64,000 bases of DNA from a virus (taxonomy: Duplodnaviria; Caudoviricetes). Shown here piece after piece: positions 19,001 to 28,031 of this stretch (its first letter is position 1; each line of letters begins with the position of its first letter). The position numbers and the translations under genes are program-made. The stretch covers positions 53,523-117,522 of IMG/VR virus record IMGVR_UViG_2918987250_000001; one strand, 5' to 3'. The notes below the pieces were generated by a model, which searched no databases, had not been told where the DNA came from, and saw nothing but the letters and a program-made list of their open reading frames with translations.

Positions 19001-20649
19001 AGCGCGTCGAGGCGGGTCCGGGCCAGCCGCTCGCCGGCGGCGACCTCGGCGTTGAACGAAGCGTCGCGGAGGAGCTGCTCGGCCTTGGCGAGCTCCTTCT
19101 CCTTGGCGCTGATCTCGCCGCCATAGACCACGTCGCCCGTGCGCCGGGCGTTTCCGGCCGGGGCCGCGGTTCCATTGAGGCGGTCGCGGCGCGCCTTCAG
19201 GCGATCGAGCTCGGCGCCGGCCTCGGCGACCGACTTGCGGAAGATGTCGAGGCTCTGCTTCGAGGCAGCGCCGCCGAACTTCTCCACGTCGTCGCGCGCC
19301 TCGCGCGCCTTCTGGCCGAACACGTCGAAGTAGTAGGCCGCGGCCATGATGCCGGCGCCGGCAATCGCCAGGATCGGGGCGAGCTCGGCGACCATGACCA
19401 CGAGGCCGCGCACACCGATGCCGGCGCCGCGGGCGATGGCCGAGAAGCCTTCCATGTGGGTGCCGGCGCCCGCGAACGCCGTCTGGGCGAGGGCGAACTC
19501 GGCCCGCATCGCGCCCAGCTCACGCCGGAACACGCCGGCCTGGGTTGCGGCCACGTTGAGCGAGGAGGCCATGGCGTTGAGCGCCTGGAAGGTCTTGGTC
19601 GCACCGAAGGCATAGACCAGCACCGTGCCGGCCTCGAGGATCTCGCCCCGGAACTCGACCACCTTGCGGATGGCACCGTCGATGAAGCCCACGAGCGAGG
19701 CCAGGCCCGAGCCGACCTGCTGCGACAGGCCGCCGGCCAGGAGGTTGCCCTGCTTGTCGTAGAGGCCCTTGATCTGCGGGCTCTCCATGAGAGCGATCAG
19801 GTCGCGCGCGCCCTTCTTGGCAGCGTCGAAGAAACCGGCCTCGCCGGTGTTCTCGGCCAAATTCTGCATGCCCGTGGCGAGACGCGCCATCAGGCCGTTC
19901 CAGGTGTCCATCTGGGCCTGGGCCGCGCCGCCGAAGGTGCGCTCGAACTCGGCGTTGAGGCCTTCCAGGGCGCGCTTGGACTCGACGGTGCCGGTGGAGA
20001 TCGCCTTGACGAGCTGGCCGTAGGTGACGCCCATCGAGCGGGCGAGAAGCTCGGTCGCGCGCGGCACGGCCTCGCCGAGCTGCTGGCGCAGCTCTTCCAT
20101 CTGGATCACGCCCTTGCCGGCCATCTGCGTGATGGCGAGCGAGGCGCGCTTCATCACCTCCTCGGAGCCACCGAAGGAGGCCACGGCGTCCACCAGGCCC
20201 TTCATGCCGCCCTTGAGCGGGTCGATGCCGGCCGCCTTCATCTGGGTGAAGACGCCGGTGATGGCCTGGAGCGAATAGGGGGTGGTGCGGGCGAACTCGC
20301 GCAGGTCGCGGAGCTGCTGGTTGGCGTCCTTGAGCGGGTCGGCCGCGGTGGACATGCCGCGCAGCAGCGTGCGCAGGCGCTCGAACTCGGCGTTGACCTT
20401 GATGATCTCGGAGGCCCAGCCGGTCGTGGCCGAGCGCACGAAGTTGATCGCGGACGAAGCCTGGCCGAGCACGACGGTCACGTCGCGCAGGGTGCCGAGG
20501 AAGCTGCCGCTCGCGCCCTGGAGCGCGTTGATCGACGTGACGCCCTGGCCGACCTGACGTTCGAACGTCTGGATCGACTGGCCGGCACGCAGCATCCGGG
20601 TCGTAAAGGAGCCGTCATCGAGCTCCAGCTCAACCCGGATCGCGGTCAT
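16009..20649 (-). CDS. Tape measure protein with internal lambda-lysozyme-like domain
   Basis: GKGVIQMEELRQQLGE; FLNAISGPES...SSAAGRYQ...FTPENQD; C-terminal FHTGG...EVPIIAQRGEGV. Confidence 0.93.
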   Translation of the reverse strand: MTAIRVELELDDGSFTTRMLRAGQSIQTFERQVGQGVTSINALQGASGSFLGTLRDVTVVLGQASSAINFVRSATTGWASEIIKVNAEFERLRTLLRGMSTAADPLKDANQQLRDLREFARTTPYSLQAITGVFTQMKAAGIDPLKGGMKGLVDAVASFGGSEEVMKRASLAITQMAGKGVIQMEELRQQLGEAVPRATELLARSMGVTYGQLVKAISTGTVESKRALEGLNAEFERTFGGAAQAQMDTWNGLMARLATGMQNLAENTGEAGFFDAAKKGARDLIALMESPQIKGLYDKQGNLLAGGLSQQVGSGLASLVGFIDGAIRKVVEFRGEILEAGTVLVYAFGATKTFQALNAMASSLNVAATQAGVFRRELGAMRAEFALAQTAFAGAGTHMEGFSAIARGAGIGVRGLVVMVAELAPILAIAGAGIMAAAYYFDVFGQKAREARDDVEKFGGAASKQSLDIFRKSVAEAGAELDRLKARRDRLNGTAAPAGNARRTGDVVYGGEISAKEKELAKAEQLLRDASFNAEVAAGERLARTRLDALANQATQVRRMRDLEATKAEETQRDALARETAAKRSTSKLEEDYKNQTKARALAVLDDQITIYQRGLEEAQKAAVGKTGIELQQQQAVVDGAKRQLETLRAQREAEEARARGVPITSKLVDEQKLLEKGGKALDNLKAGIAGSRAALAGMSAEVYELQTKLADGKFGPVDNGKVQELIAQLIQAQAEKSKLDELLAGKQAFDKDVSSLRLKAEQDLFEAQNRNATAYDKLIIKLNSGGYAGVGNGATPMERAMIAMRTTVNAVGEAAVAAGNSIRTSFGTTAAQTLDTLKEKAEGVANAFKGIGAGAGSVSFPNIAGAVTGAGSTGVGGAGTMDAVSKNLSAAARVFLNAISGPESGGRYNVRYTPSGGATFDSYDQHPRIYERTKDGKRSSAAGRYQIVYDTWKSLGMEGQPFTPENQDMAAWKLAKQDYRRNTGGGDLEAELVANGFSEKIVQALQGTWEALQSGKGAQKSRNIWNGQWDTQGDRNTVQRDSSYRPRNANDPVQAIPENIAPIEARKLDEARKLIQSRNQAEFDNGLVDAVKTLTENMKEAESVADGYGKRVSALRKQIERGDYGADKSPESERYKKALQAAELLDEAEAKRAKNQKDRSRIASNEEARERESIELAERAAALKRNAANGTDVSLSDSYYRKMAENERVLEAAKRLQADGHKDFTEDKVSALAQSQADSMRKLRDVEVSEMLQAERKKTEAVERENMTADQARQAAYEAEVRRQNGLVSMTEEGTEARAQAEVNASRRIAAERAKLANASPVQRQMKEWADLGNNMEKAMTGWMDSAADGLADFITTGKADFASLFQSIAKDITKMGLKYMMSQMFGGAKGGAGGGMGGLLKAGTAAATGGASKGAGGLSMLFGAMHTGGVVGDGFSMTRNVSPSVFSGAPRFHTGGVIGHDEVPIIAQRGEGVFTKAQMAAMGGASAPNIVTIAPAITVNASGGTPEQNADLAQQTAKAAEGMIRGIVANELRSQMRPGNMLNQ

Positions 20650-20999
20650 GTTCGTGCCCTTCCCATCGCCTTGAGTTCAGCGAGGCCGGCGCGATCGAGC
20701 TGCTCTTCCTGTGCGATCTCGGCGATGGCGTCGGGCGACTGCCGGACGATGGTTCCCACCTGCCTCTGCAACCGTTCGATGAGCGCCCCGTAGGCCTCAC
20801 CGCTCGATGCAGCCGACATCACCTGGAGGAGCCGAAGGTCGAGTTCGGCCTGAAGGCGGTCGATGTTCTTGGAGAAGAGCCAGAAGGTCTTGAGCGGCAT
20901 GCTCATGACCTCCCGGAAGCTCATCCCGTAGTGCTTGGAGACGCGCGAGACGAGAAAGCCGAAATCGACCGCCTCTACGCCTGCGCCGCGGGCTTTCCC
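20646..20999 (-). CDS. Tail assembly chaperone T segment, expressed as GT by -1 frameshift
   Basis: The -1 frame is open from the slippery site: KARGAGVEAVDFGFLVSRVSKHYGMSF... Confidence 0.8.
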   Translation of the reverse strand, partial: GKARGAGVEAVDFGFLVSRVSKHYGMSFREVMSMPLKTFWLFSKNIDRLQAELDLRLLQVMSAASSGEAYGALIERLQRQVGTIVRQSPDAIAEIAQEEQLDRAGLAELKAMGRART

Positions 21000-21334
21000 T
21001 CGGCGACCGCCTGGGCCTCGGCCTCGCCCTGCACCTGGTTGGTGCCGTCGTGACCCTGGGCCACGCCCACGAGCTTGTTCAGGTTGACCAGCGGCACCTT
21101 GCCGAGGAGCTCGATGTCCATGGTCGGGAAGGCCCGGACGATGATCTCCTTCAGGCCCTTCACCTCGGCCTCGAGATCGCCACCCTTGCCGAGCGCGGCG
21201 AGCAGCTTGGTGTTCTTGACGAAGTCGTCCACCGACACGGGCACGAGCTTGTGCTCCTTGCCGCCGAGCAGGACGGTCACGTCGGGGAAGTTATCGACCG
21301 CGTCGAGGTCGATCAGGTTGGTCTGCGAGGCCAT
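20975..21334 (-). CDS. Tail assembly chaperone G
   Basis: Lies between the major tail and tape measure genes and carries the slippery site. Confidence 0.85.
   Translation of the reverse strand: MASQTNLIDLDAVDNFPDVTVLLGGKEHKLVPVSVDDFVKNTKLLAALGKGGDLEAEVKGLKEIIVRAFPTMDIELLGKVPLVNLNKLVGVAQGHDGTNQVQGEAEAQAVAEGKPAAQA
20993..20999 (-). other. -1 programmed frameshift heptamer GGGAAAG
   Basis: G-GGA-AAG near the end of chaperone G; same heptamer as the lambda G/T slippery site. Confidence 0.85.
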
Positions 21335-21385
21335 GGTGTCCTGGGTGTTTCCGAGGGGTTGCGACTTGCCCCAGGCGATCCGGGG

Positions 21386-21403
21386 CAAGTCAGTGGTGAC
21401 TTA
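21386..21403. promoter_or_regulatory. 18-bp palindromic operator between two hairpins
   Basis: CAAGTCAGTGGTGACTTA. Confidence 0.75.
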
Positions 21404-21425
21404 TCTTGCCCCGCAGGGCAAGAGG

Positions 21426-21956
21426 TTAGGCAGCGGAGACGGTCTCGTCGCCGGCGATGAACAGCGTGCCGTCCGTCGCGTTCGGGTAGCCCTTGAACGT
21501 GCAGTTGAAGATCCGCTCGTTCTCGAGCTGGTAGGCGAACTGGAGGCCGCCCGCGGTCGCTGCCAGCGGAATGGTGAAGTCGTCCGACAGGTCGTCGAGC
21601 GCATTCGCCTTCGGATGGAAGCGCAGCTCCTTGGCGATCTTCAGGAGCGAGGTGCCGACGGCGTTCGGGACCACGACCTTCTTGCGGTTCGGGTCGGCCT
21701 TGTCCGCCACCAGCTTCGCGCCCGGCATGATCTTGACCATGTTGTCGAGCGTGGTCTCGGCGAGCGGCACCTTCGCCGTCACCGTGCGGCCCATGATGAC
21801 CTCGTCGATCGGCGACTTGCCGAACTGGTCCACCTGGACCTCGTGGGTTTCGGTCGCGACTTCCACCTCGACGCCACCCTTGGTGTAGCCGAGATCGGTG
21901 TCGCCGAAGAAGACAAGGCAGACGCCCAGCTTCACGTTCTTGGTGTCAGAGGCCAT
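21426..21956 (-). CDS. Major tail (tube) protein
   Basis: NVKLGVC...DLGYTKGGVEVEV...VPLAETT. Confidence 0.88.
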   Translation of the reverse strand: MASDTKNVKLGVCLVFFGDTDLGYTKGGVEVEVATETHEVQVDQFGKSPIDEVIMGRTVTAKVPLAETTLDNMVKIMPGAKLVADKADPNRKKVVVPNAVGTSLLKIAKELRFHPKANALDDLSDDFTIPLAATAGGLQFAYQLENERIFNCTFKGYPNATDGTLFIAGDETVSAA

Positions 21957-22017
21957 CGTAAACTCTCCTGCGCTGAGCCCGTCAGTCGGTTTTGGATCCA
22001 AACCTGCTCACGCAAAG

Positions 22018-22035
22018 TGAGTCAGTGCTGACTTA
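22018..22035. promoter_or_regulatory. 18-bp palindromic operator
   Basis: TGAGTCAGTGCTGACTTA. Confidence 0.8.
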
Positions 22036-22037
22036 TT

Positions 22038-22436
22038 CTAGCGGAGCACGTAGGAGGCGTCCATATTGATCGACCACTCCTTCCCGTTTCCTTCGGAGCG
22101 CGGATAGATGATCGGCAGGGTCTTGGGCCGCATGTGGTTGATGAAGAGCACCTCGCGGCCTTCCTTATCGACCAGACCGTGCCGGTAGAGCGTGAGCGCA
22201 TCCATCACCCGCTTTGCCAGCCGGTCGCCATCCTCGGCCTTCTGGGCGCGCACGATCGCCTGGACCTTGCCGCGGAAGTAGCCCGGCAGCTCGTGGTCGA
22301 TGTCGATGCCCTGGAGCGGCAGCTTCAGGAGCACGCCGGTGCGGCAGTCGGCCGGCATCTGGTCCTCGAAGATGTCGATGCCGGGCGTGCCGATGCCGCG
22401 CAGCTCGAGGAAGTCGGCGAGGAGATCGAGGCGCAT
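22038..22436 (-). CDS. Tail terminator / minor capsid-like protein
   Basis: Position and IDHELPGY...QAIVR motif. Confidence 0.7.
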   Translation of the reverse strand: MRLDLLADFLELRGIGTPGIDIFEDQMPADCRTGVLLKLPLQGIDIDHELPGYFRGKVQAIVRAQKAEDGDRLAKRVMDALTLYRHGLVDKEGREVLFINHMRPKTLPIIYPRSEGNGKEWSINMDASYVLR

Positions 22437-22894
22437 CAGATGCTCTTTCCGTTGATGCCGCGCAGGACGGCCTGGATCAGGGAGGGGCGAAGCTTGCCCT
22501 CGACGGCCTCGACGGCGCGCTCGAGGAACTTCTCGCCGATGAAGCGGCCGGGGTTGGCGTCGCGCTTGGCGATCGTGCCCTTGCCGGGGTTCATCGAGCC
22601 GTAGTTCTCGTGGATCTGCATGGCGTATTCGTCCACGTTCACGCCGTTGACGATGCCGCCGACCTCGATGTCGATCTTGAGCCGCTTGCGGAAGGTGCTC
22701 TGGTAGGAGATGCGCTTGCGGATCGCCTGCTCGAGGTTGTGCTTGTCCACGGGCGCGTTGAGCACCGCCTCCTCGATGATCTTGTCGGCGTTGCGGTGCA
22801 TCACCTTGCGGGCGTTGTCGGGCACCTTCTCACCGATGTTGAGGAGCTCGGCGAGCAGGCTCTTGGTGCCTGCCACCTGCATCTTCATCCTCAC
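22436..22894 (-). CDS. HK97 gp10-like tail completion protein
   Basis: APVDKHNLEQAI...YAMQIHE...KFLERA; GTG start overlaps the upstream stop. Confidence 0.8.
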   Translation of the reverse strand: MRMKMQVAGTKSLLAELLNIGEKVPDNARKVMHRNADKIIEEAVLNAPVDKHNLEQAIRKRISYQSTFRKRLKIDIEVGGIVNGVNVDEYAMQIHENYGSMNPGKGTIAKRDANPGRFIGEKFLERAVEAVEGKLRPSLIQAVLRGINGKSI

Positions 22895-23268
22895 AGCTCG
22901 TTCCCCCGGTCGTCGGCGTCCCAGAACACGAGGGCGACCTCGTAGTGGTCGAGCTTGCCGAAGGTGTCGAAGCGCGGCGTGACAGCCTCGATACGCAGCA
23001 CGGTCTCGGCCACGACGAAGCGATCTCCCCTCCCCGGCTTGGCCGCGACCTGGAACAGGATCTTGGCGGCGGCGACCTCCTCCTCCGCGTTGCCGCGGCT
23101 GGCCGAGGAATCCGTGCGCACGCTCGTCTTCTCGATCTTGGGCGTCAGGCTCAGCACATCGACCCGGCAGCGGATCGCGCTCTCGGAGTAGCGCGGCTCG
23201 CCCCGGCGCGTGGAGCCGATCAGACGGGTGAGGAAGCCGGTGTTGTTGCCGACCAGGGAGAAGCTCAT
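22891..23268 (-). CDS. Head closure / head-tail joining protein
   Basis: Position, size and PRFDTFGKLDHYEV. Confidence 0.65.
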   Translation of the reverse strand: MSFSLVGNNTGFLTRLIGSTRRGEPRYSESAIRCRVDVLSLTPKIEKTSVRTDSSASRGNAEEEVAAAKILFQVAAKPGRGDRFVVAETVLRIEAVTPRFDTFGKLDHYEVALVFWDADDRGNEL

Positions 23269-23274
23269 GGGGCT

Positions 23275-24048
23275 CTAGCTCCGGTGCTGCTCGGGCACGC
23301 GCAGGACGGCCTCGGCGTTGGGGTGGAAGATGTCGTTGCGAATCTCGCCGTAGGCCGGCAGCGCCGTGTTCGAGCCGAGCGCGACGAGCTGGCCGTGGAC
23401 GCCGGCCTTGGCGTGAGCGTGCTCGATCTGCGCGGTGCCGATGCCGTGGGCGGCCAGCACCGTGAGCGTGACCTCGTTGAAGACCGACAGGAGCGCCTGG
23501 CGCCAGGTCGAGCGCACGAACAGGCGCGAGGGCCACTTGCCGTTGCGCCGGTCCCGGAAATGGAAAGCCGGGGCCTCGCGCGAGGAGAACTGGTGCTCCA
23601 GCAGCGCCCGGCGCAGCGAGGTGCCGGCCGCCTGGGCGTTGAGGCGCGCGTGCAGGAAGGTCTGCCGAATGGCCTGCTGAAGCTGCGCGATGTCGCGCTC
23701 GATCTGAATGGTGATCTCGCGCAGGAGATAGCTCGCCGTCGCGCTCAGCGTCTCGCTGGCAGCGTCCTCGAGTTCGAGCGTGTCGTCGCTCCCCAGGTCG
23801 TCGTTTGCCGCTGAGAGAGCGTCTGACGCGATCTCCCCGAACGCTGCCTTCACGGCCTCGGTCTCCTTCTCGAGGAAGAGCCGCGACAGGTCGTAGGCGC
23901 GCGTCGCCGCGCGGGCGATGACGGAGGCGTTGCCGGCGTCGCGGGCGCCGATCGCTTCGGCGTAGATGATGGACAGGCCGTCCACGAAGGTCTGGTAGCG
24001 GGCACCCGCGGCGTCGGCCGCGGGCGTCATCTTCTGGGTCGTAATCAC
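23275..24048 (-). CDS. Head morphogenesis (minor head-like) protein
   Basis: FRDRRNGKW...FHPN motifs and position. Confidence 0.55.
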   Translation of the reverse strand: MITTQKMTPAADAAGARYQTFVDGLSIIYAEAIGARDAGNASVIARAATRAYDLSRLFLEKETEAVKAAFGEIASDALSAANDDLGSDDTLELEDAASETLSATASYLLREITIQIERDIAQLQQAIRQTFLHARLNAQAAGTSLRRALLEHQFSSREAPAFHFRDRRNGKWPSRLFVRSTWRQALLSVFNEVTLTVLAAHGIGTAQIEHAHAKAGVHGQLVALGSNTALPAYGEIRNDIFHPNAEAVLRVPEQHRS

Positions 24049-24857
24049 GAGCGGCTGATCCGGGCGCGGATCTCGATGAAGCCGGACAGGTGCTCCAGCG
24101 TCTCGCGCGAGACGCCGAGATCCAGCGGCTTGCCCGAGCGGAACATCGCCGAGCTCTCACCCGTGGTCTTCGACAGGAGCCCGGAGGCGCGGTGATCCTC
24201 GGCCGTGCCGACGGTGAGGATGGCGTTGGCCTCCTGCACCTGCGCGCGGGCGAGCGCCTTGCGGAACTGCGGGTTGAAGCGCTCGAAGTCGTCGGGCGTC
24301 ATCGCCTGCCACTCGCGCGGCGCGACGTGCTCGATCGGCCCGGAGATGGCGTTGAAGTTGACCTCGTCGCCGTCGTCGTAGCCGGCCGGGTAGACCCGGT
24401 AGCCGAAGCGCGTGAGCCGGTTGTAGGCCTCGATCAGCGCCGGCTCGCGCTGGCTCTGCTCGGCCATGACCCATGCGTCGAGCCGCGGCAGGTCCTCGGC
24501 GACCACGAGCAGACGCTCGTAGGTGGCGAAGGAGTTGACGAGGTGGCGCAGCCGCAGCGCGGCCCGGATCATGTAGCTGTGGCGCAGGTCGAACGCGCCG
24601 TCGGCCGTGGTGAGCTCGACCTCGAGGGTGCGCACGCCGACGGCCTCGCCGGGCGCGAGCACGTTGGCTGCGGCCGGCACGACGTAGACGAGCTCCTCGT
24701 CCTCGAGCGAGGCCGTGGGGATCTCAGGCCCATGCAGAATGCGGCCGTCCTCATCGAGGACGGTCACGATGATCCCGGTCGGCGTCACCGCGACGCCCGA
24801 GGCGTTCTGGAACGGGACCGTGAGAGTGGTGGCGATGCCGGCCGGGAGGTTCTTCAT
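24045..24857 (-). CDS. Head-tail adaptor protein
   Basis: NSFATY...ALIEAY...ALARAQVQEA...GLLSKTTGESS. Confidence 0.65.
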   Translation of the reverse strand: MKNLPAGIATTLTVPFQNASGVAVTPTGIIVTVLDEDGRILHGPEIPTASLEDEELVYVVPAAANVLAPGEAVGVRTLEVELTTADGAFDLRHSYMIRAALRLRHLVNSFATYERLLVVAEDLPRLDAWVMAEQSQREPALIEAYNRLTRFGYRVYPAGYDDGDEVNFNAISGPIEHVAPREWQAMTPDDFERFNPQFRKALARAQVQEANAILTVGTAEDHRASGLLSKTTGESSAMFRSGKPLDLGVSRETLEHLSGFIEIRARISRS

Positions 24858-24863
24858 CGGAGC

Positions 24864-25613
24864 TTACGCCTCGCTGTCCGCGCCGGGGCCGGCGTCGGAG
24901 TTCTGCGGGTCGCGGTCGGCCGGCGGCGTGGCGTTGGCCTTCTCCGCCTCGACAGCCAGGCGCGCCTTCTCGGCTTCCGCCTCAGCCTCAGCCTGCTTGG
25001 CGGCGTTCTCGGCCTCGAGCGCCTCGCGAGCGGCCTTCTGCTCGTCGGTCTCGGCCGGCTCGCTGCCGGTGCCGGTCTCGTCGGTCTCGACGACCTCGTC
25101 GGGCGCGTCCGTCTTGGTCGCGTCCTCGCGCACCAGGGCGCCGGAAGCCTCGAGCTGCGCCTTGCGCTTCAGCTCTTCCTTCAGGATGACCTGGATCGCC
25201 TTGTTGATCGACGTGGCCTTGAGGCCGAGCGGCTCCATCACGGCGCGCAGGCCGATGATGCCCCTGGCCTCGGCGATCTTCTCCAGGTCCTCCTTGGTGT
25301 GGAAGACGATCTCGGAGGTGTCGGCCTTCGCCGGGGCGGCCGGGGCCGGTGCGTCGGTGGCGCGGGCGAGCTCGACCAGCATGGGCGCGGCCATCGACAT
25401 GGTGCCGTTGGTGAGCATCTGGTGCTGGAGCGCCGGGTTCACGCCGGTCTCTTCGCCGATCTCATCGACCGTCACGAGCGAGAGCGAGGCGCCGATGATC
25501 GCGATGTGGCGCGCGTTGACGGACTCGACCGAGATCCCGCCCTCGAACAGGGTGGTCCCGATTTCGCCGGTGAAGCCGTCCCAGCCGGGCTGGGTGATCT
25601 TGATGCGCGGCAT
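24864..25613 (-). CDS. Head-module protein with acidic low-complexity C-terminus
   Basis: ORF in the late operon. Confidence 0.6.
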   Translation of the reverse strand: MPRIKITQPGWDGFTGEIGTTLFEGGISVESVNARHIAIIGASLSLVTVDEIGEETGVNPALQHQMLTNGTMSMAAPMLVELARATDAPAPAAPAKADTSEIVFHTKEDLEKIAEARGIIGLRAVMEPLGLKATSINKAIQVILKEELKRKAQLEASGALVREDATKTDAPDEVVETDETGTGSEPAETDEQKAAREALEAENAAKQAEAEAEAEKARLAVEAEKANATPPADRDPQNSDAGPGADSEA

Positions 25614-25617
25614 GGGC

Positions 25618-25878
25618 TTATTCGCCTCCAATCATCTGCTGGAGCTCGCCGGAATTGTCGGCCAGGGCGAGCTGGGTGAAGCCGCCGACCAGCCGGTCGC
25701 CGACGAAGATCTGCGGGACGGGGAACTTGTCGGCCCCGAGGCGCTCGACGAGCGCGGCGCGCGCGGCGCTGTCCTGGGTGAGGTCCGTGTAGGAGTGGTC
25801 GTAGGCGCGGGTCTCGCAGAGAGCCTTCGCGCGGGCGCACCAGACGCAGTCCGGCTGGCCGAAGATGCGGATCTGCAT
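25618..25878 (-). CDS. Glutaredoxin
   Basis: CVWC active site and VPQIFVGDRLVGGF. Confidence 0.9.
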   Translation of the reverse strand: MQIRIFGQPDCVWCARAKALCETRAYDHSYTDLTQDSAARAALVERLGADKFPVPQIFVGDRLVGGFTQLALADNSGELQQMIGGE

Positions 25879-25903
25879 CTGGGGTCCTTGGGTTCGAGGC
25901 ACA

Positions 25904-25933
25904 GAAAAGGGGCGAGGATTGCTCCCCGCCCCT
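25904..25933 (-). terminator. Rho-independent terminator after the major capsid gene
   Basis: AGGGGCGGGGAGCAATCCTCGCCCCTTTTC on the minus strand. Confidence 0.75.
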
Positions 25934-25935
25934 CA

Positions 25936-25964
25936 ATAGTAAGTCAGTGGTGACTTACCTTCAA
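25936..25964 (-). promoter_or_regulatory. Sigma70-like promoter with operator in spacer (upstream of glutaredoxin)
   Basis: TTGAAG-17(gtaagtcaccactgact)-TACTAT. Confidence 0.75.
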
Positions 25965-25966
25965 GC

Positions 25967-26869
25967 TTAGACGTTCGTGATGCCCTTCAGGCGAGCCACG
26001 GAGTGAGTGGCCTTGAGGGCGGTGCCGCAATACCACTTCAGACGCCAGCGCTGGGCGTCCTTGCCCTGGAGCTTGCCGATCTCCTCGACCCGCAGGCCGG
26101 CCGACGCGCCGCCGTAGAGACCGTGGATGCCGTCCACCTCGTTCAGACGCAGAGCGTAGATCGAGCAGGTCGTCTCGTTGGTGCCCTGGACCTCGTCGGC
26201 GGTCATGAAGTCGTTGATGATGATCGGCGTGCCATCGAACGCCGGCAGGGCCTTGCCGAAGTCCTTGACGATGATGGTGCCGGCGTCGTTGCCGCCCATG
26301 GCGCGCAGGAGCGCCTTGATCGAACGCCAGGTGCCACGACGCATCATGAGCACGTCACAGCCGTTCTTGACCACGTCACGCAGCTCGTCGAGCATGGTGA
26401 AGGAGACCGCGGCGCCGTCCTTGCCGGCGATGAGGGTCTGCTTGGCCGGGACCAGCTTCTTGACGCCGTCGAACTCCTTGCGGTTCACGCTGGAGTCGCC
26501 GTTGACCAGGGTGCGGCGGAACTGGCGACCGATACCCTTCGCCTTGGCGGCGAGCTGGATCGCGAGCTGGTCGTGGGTGTCGGACTGGGTCTCGACGAGG
26601 AAGTTGTCCAGATCGACGTGGCCCGCGAGAATGCGCAGCTTGGCCTGCACTTCCTCGAACGTGGCCGCGCCTTCCTTGATGTCCTCGTAGGGATCCAGGA
26701 AGTCGCCTTCGGAGAGCGTGCTCTCGCGAATGTAGTCGTAGGCCTTACCGTTGACCTGCATGAACGGGAACAGAGCAAAAAGCTCGTCCACGTCGATGAT
26801 CTCTTCGATGACGCCGCGCTCGAGCTGATTGACGCTCAGCTTCGCGGCCTCTTCCACAAGCAGGGGCAT
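25967..26869 (-). CDS. Major capsid protein
   Basis: 300 aa following the scaffold; strong codon bias; EFDGVKKL, RWRLKWYCGTAL...ARLKGITN. Confidence 0.88.
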   Translation of the reverse strand: MPLLVEEAAKLSVNQLERGVIEEIIDVDELFALFPFMQVNGKAYDYIRESTLSEGDFLDPYEDIKEGAATFEEVQAKLRILAGHVDLDNFLVETQSDTHDQLAIQLAAKAKGIGRQFRRTLVNGDSSVNRKEFDGVKKLVPAKQTLIAGKDGAAVSFTMLDELRDVVKNGCDVLMMRRGTWRSIKALLRAMGGNDAGTIIVKDFGKALPAFDGTPIIINDFMTADEVQGTNETTCSIYALRLNEVDGIHGLYGGASAGLRVEEIGKLQGKDAQRWRLKWYCGTALKATHSVARLKGITNV

Positions 26870-26901
26870 TTCTTTTCTCCTGAAGACTGCCCGTGCCGGG
26901 C

Positions 26902-26977
26902 CAAGTCAGTGGTGACTGACAATAGTATGACCCGGCACGGGCGGTGCTGCCAAGAGAAAACAGTCAGCACTGACTTA
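26902..26977. promoter_or_regulatory. Two operator copies upstream of the capsid gene
   Basis: CAAGTCAGTGGTGACTGA (26902-19) and ACAGTCAGCACTGACTTA (26960-77). Confidence 0.75.
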
Positions 26978-27000
26978 CTTTTTTGCCCCTGACAAGGGCG

Positions 27001-27978
27001 TTACGCGCGAGCGGCGTCCTTCGCGGCCTGGAGCGCGGCGCGAATACGGGCCGTTCCCTTCAGCTCGGACGGGTCGTTGCCGTTGGTCTTGCCGGCCTTG
27101 GTGTCGTCGGTGGTGTTCGACTTCACGCCCGGTGCCATCTTCGAGCGCAGGACGTGATCCTTCTCGGGATCGGCCTGCACCAGCTTCTCGACAGCCGCGT
27201 CGAAGCCCAGATGGTTGCCGGCGGCGTCCACCAGCGGCGTGCGGTTCTCGGCGCCGCGCGGCTTGTCGTAGGCGACGACCTTGGTGCCGACGGTGTCGAA
27301 GTGCGCGCCGTAGATGGTGCGGGCCTTGGACGGCGTGAGCACGGTGCTCTCGCGGATGAAGTTCGAGCCCGAGAACGCGGCGCCGACGGTCAGCTCCGAG
27401 ATCGTGGACTGGGCGGCCGAGAGCTCGGTGTCCTTGGCGGCGATCAGCTCGTCCTTGGCGGTGAGCGCCTGGGTGTGCTGCTCGGTCATGGACGCCTTCA
27501 CCCGGTCGAACTCACCGCGGGCCTCGGCCTGGCTCAGCTCGTCGGCAGCGCGGGCCTCCTCAGCGGCGCGACGCTCGGCCAGCATCTCCTGCACCTGCTC
27601 GGGCGTCACCTGGCCGAAGAGGTTCAGACGCTCCTGCGCGGTGCGCGCGGCCGCCTTGTGCTTCATCGTGTCCTTGAGCAGGCGCGCCACCTCGTCGGTG
27701 ATGGGATCGCCGATCTTCGGCTCGCCCGGCGTCGCGTCCGGCTGGGTGTTCGCGGGCGGGTTCGCCGGGTCGGCCGGCGGATTGGCAGGCGGGTTGGCCG
27801 GGGGATCAGCGGGCGGGTTCGCCGGAGCGCCGCCACCACCGCCCTCGCCCGGCGCGTCGAACACGGGACGCGGGCCGAAGGGCACGGAGAAGATGGAGTG
27901 CAGCGGGAAGCTGCGGGCCGGGGCTTCGTAGACGACGCCTTCGATGCCGGCGCGGGTGTTGGTCTTGGTCACTGTCAT
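27001..27978 (-). CDS. Capsid scaffold protein
   Basis: Pro-rich N-terminus and coiled coil, between portal and MCP. Confidence 0.75.
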   Translation of the reverse strand: MTVTKTNTRAGIEGVVYEAPARSFPLHSIFSVPFGPRPVFDAPGEGGGGGAPANPPADPPANPPANPPADPANPPANTQPDATPGEPKIGDPITDEVARLLKDTMKHKAAARTAQERLNLFGQVTPEQVQEMLAERRAAEEARAADELSQAEARGEFDRVKASMTEQHTQALTAKDELIAAKDTELSAAQSTISELTVGAAFSGSNFIRESTVLTPSKARTIYGAHFDTVGTKVVAYDKPRGAENRTPLVDAAGNHLGFDAAVEKLVQADPEKDHVLRSKMAPGVKSNTTDDTKAGKTNGNDPSELKGTARIRAALQAAKDAARA

Positions 27979-28031
27979 GCTCCTTGCGCCACAGTCTCTC
28001 GGGCGCGCGGGGTGGGTGCCGGGCCTGGGGA

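Noticed and set aside
6078-20793. Very long + strand ORFs (2438 aa, 1670 aa) and similar antisense ORFs throughout
   Set aside because: Shadow frames of high-GC minus-strand genes. They have no recognisable motifs, while the opposite strand has clear phage homology.
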